Source: Schizochytrium sp. TIO01
Lineage: Eukaryota; Protista; Bigyra: Labyrinthulomycetes
Direction of reading: 5' to 3'
NCBI GenBank assembly: GCA_004764695.1
Contig: SMSO01000025.1
Coordinates: 1,364,001-1,428,000, forward strand
Length of the DNA: 64,000 nt
Under the pieces are notes generated by a model that did not search any database, had not been told where the DNA came from, and saw only the letters and a list, made by a program, of their open reading frames with translations. Positions 62,201 to 64,000 of this stretch are shown piece by piece (positions within the stretch are counted from its first letter, which is position 1; each line of letters begins with the position of its first letter). The position numbers and the translations under genes were made by a program.

Positions 62201-64000
62201 CGCTTGCACTTCCGGTTGACAATGTCAGTGGACCACTGAAAGATGTGGTTGCCGCCGATGCAGCACTGCCAATCGTCACGGCTCCAGAGCTAGTACTTGA
62301 ACCAGAAGTGAAAACAAGCGCACCACCTGTTCCACCAGTGGCGATACCTGCAGTGAGCGTGATATCGCTTCCTGTAGTCTGGCTGGTCGAACCAACACTG
62401 AGTGTGATTGCACCTGCAGACCCACCAACCGCAGTGCCAGTTGACAACGACACGGCACCGGAAGTACCAGCAGTGGAACTGCCCGTGGACAGACCAATGG
62501 CTCCAGTTCCAGTAGATCCTGATGAAGTCAAAGTAATTGCTCCACTACTGAGTGATCCAGATCCTGACGTCACAGCGATTGCACCACCTGTGCCAGTTGT
62601 TGCCGTACCAGAACTGATCACTACTTGGCCACCAGTACCGGAGGTACTATCACCAGCGTACATGTTCACAGCACCACCGACCATACCAGAAGCTTCAGTT
62701 TTGCCTGCGTAAATCGACACGGCAGCTCCGTTACCGCCAGAAGAGACACCAACTGACAGCGTCATTGCGCCCGCGGTGCCTACGGAGCCAGCGTTGCTGG
62801 TGGAAAGTGTTAAACTGCCACTACCAGCAGTACCGGCTGCCGCACCACTGGAAATGCTGACAGCACCGCTTAGTCCGGTTCCTCCAGTGCCTGAAGTTAT
62901 TGTAACTGCGCCACCCGCTGCAGAGCCTTGGCCTGCTGTAAATGACAAGTCACCACCCGTAGCAGCTGTAGCCTGACCTGCAGTGATGGTTACATCACCA
63001 CCTGCAGTACTGCCACTGCCGACAGTTATCGAGATAGCACCTCCAGAACCACCTGTACCTGCGCCACCAGTCTGAATTGTAACACCACCAGTGGTACCAC
63101 TTGATGATGTGCCAGTACTGATTGTGATACCGCCGCTAACTCCACTTGTACCACTGTTGGGAGTGGTCATAGAGATGGAACCACTGGTAACACCGCTGCC
63201 TGACGTGAAAGTCAATGCACCGCCAGTAATAGCACTGGATAATCCTGCAGAAATCGCAACAGCACCACCAGTGCCAGATGAGCTAGCGCCAGCGGTCAAT
63301 GTGATTGCACCTCCAGCAACGACACTAGCAGAGTTGGCAGCACCGGCCAAGATCTGAACACCACCACCAGTGCCAGTAGCACTGCCACCTGCAGACAACT
63401 TTACAAGACCTCCGCTGCCAGCTGTGGATGCGGTGCTTGTTGAAAGAGTCAATGCACCAGTGGATCCAGAGGTAGCTGTACCAGTTGAAATAGTCACAGC
63501 ACCACTTGTGCCTAGAGCAGCAGTACCAGATGCGATCGTTACAGCACCACCAGCAGTTGAGCCAGCTCCAGAAGTAAGATCGATGTGTCCGCCGATTCCT
63601 GTAGATGAGGCTCCTGAAGTCAAGGTGATAGCCCCACCAGTGCCAGAGCCAGTGAGTCCACCGGCAGTCAGGACGATGTTACCTGCAGTACCAGACGTTG
63701 CACCGGTGCTGAGTGTCAATGTTCCACTAGTACCAGTGGTAGTTGCACCTGTTTTGATAGTGATCGAGCCACTAGACACTGAATCGGCACTTGAAAATGT
63801 CGCATCTCCACTGGTAGAACCTGTGCCAGTTGTAAAGGTAAGTTCACCGCCAATACCTGAAGAACTGGAACCAGCAGATAAAATGACAGTTCCACCAACA
63901 CCATTGGCGCCTTGACTAGCGCCTGCATATAATGACACAGAACCTCCAGTCTTGCTTGCATCTGTTGTTAGACCAGCAGTCAATGTAATAGTACCACCAT
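41272..64000 (-). CDS. Giant Gly/Ser/Thr/Ala beta-repeat fibre-like protein (>=~7,575 aa, 5' end beyond window; single 1-bp frameshift at 51246-51249)
   Basis: The 4263-aa and 3307-aa ORFs share the same repeat (GG-x-[VI]-[TS]-[ILV]-[TS]-[AST]-G, ~13-16 aa). Restoring one C at 51246 (C4 here vs C5 in the twin copy at 49986-49990) fuses them. The frame is open to the window end. Non-repetitive C-terminal domain at 41272-41622. Confidence 0.88.
41860..45990 (-). repeat. Four tandem ~1023/1032-bp (341/344-aa) modules in the C-terminal part of the giant gene
   Basis: Equivalent positions 42341, 43364, 44396 and 45419 (spacings 1023, 1032, 1023); alternate copies share a 9-bp indel. Confidence 0.93.
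48809..51337 (-). repeat. Near-perfect 1260-bp (420-aa) tandem duplication within the giant gene
   Basis: 48986/50246, 49238/50498 and 49838/51098 are identical blocks offset by 1260 bp. Confidence 0.95.
51340..64000 (-). repeat. Mosaic of shuffled 0.5-4 kb internal repeat modules in the giant gene
   Basis: Recurrent blocks at 52198/54442/57985/62158; 51532/55654/57319/63370; 56245/59788; 53753/63716. Copies differ mostly at synonymous sites. Confidence 0.92.

Noticed and set aside
41765-63915. Dozens of plus-strand Pro/Val/Ala-rich ORFs (e.g. MPPVPLVTDDAPAV...) and short alternate-frame minus ORFs
   Set aside because: They are antisense or off-frame shadows of the Gly/Thr/Ser codons of the giant gene, and they repeat exactly with its modules.
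41272-64000. PE-PGRS, collagen, ice-nucleation protein or mucin assignment
   Set aside because: No PE domain, no Gly-X-Y triplets and no AGYGSTxTA 16-mer. Pro is scarce and the regular hydrophobic strands are unlike PTS mucins.

Overview
Eukaryotic (protist) genomic DNA with GT-AG introns, AT-rich intergenic spacers and flagellar/basal-body genes. The gene set, codon style and intron sparsity suggest a stramenopile, probably a thraustochytrid/labyrinthulomycete (inference). The left ~33 kb carries: an RGS+DENN protein with a PDZ domain inserted inside the DENN module (5'-open), eIF3L, NCBP2/CBP20 with an RD-repeat tail, CCDC180, an N-terminally anchored ROK-family sugar kinase, VAP (2 exons), centrin (ATG-only first coding exon), a disrupted DOCK-like/WH2/PH locus, and MTFP1/MTP18 (3 exons). 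About 33-41 kb is gene-poor, with decayed ORF fragments and a 330-bp tandem repeat. The last 22.7 kb (41272 to beyond 64000, minus strand) is one apparently intronless giant gene of at least ~7,575 aa. It is a Gly/Ser/Thr/Ala beta-repeat protein split in the ORF track only by a 1-bp homopolymer deletion at 51246-51249. It is built from hierarchically duplicated modules and ends in a domain resembling phage tail-fibre tips. This putative giant fibre/adhesin is the most striking object in the window.
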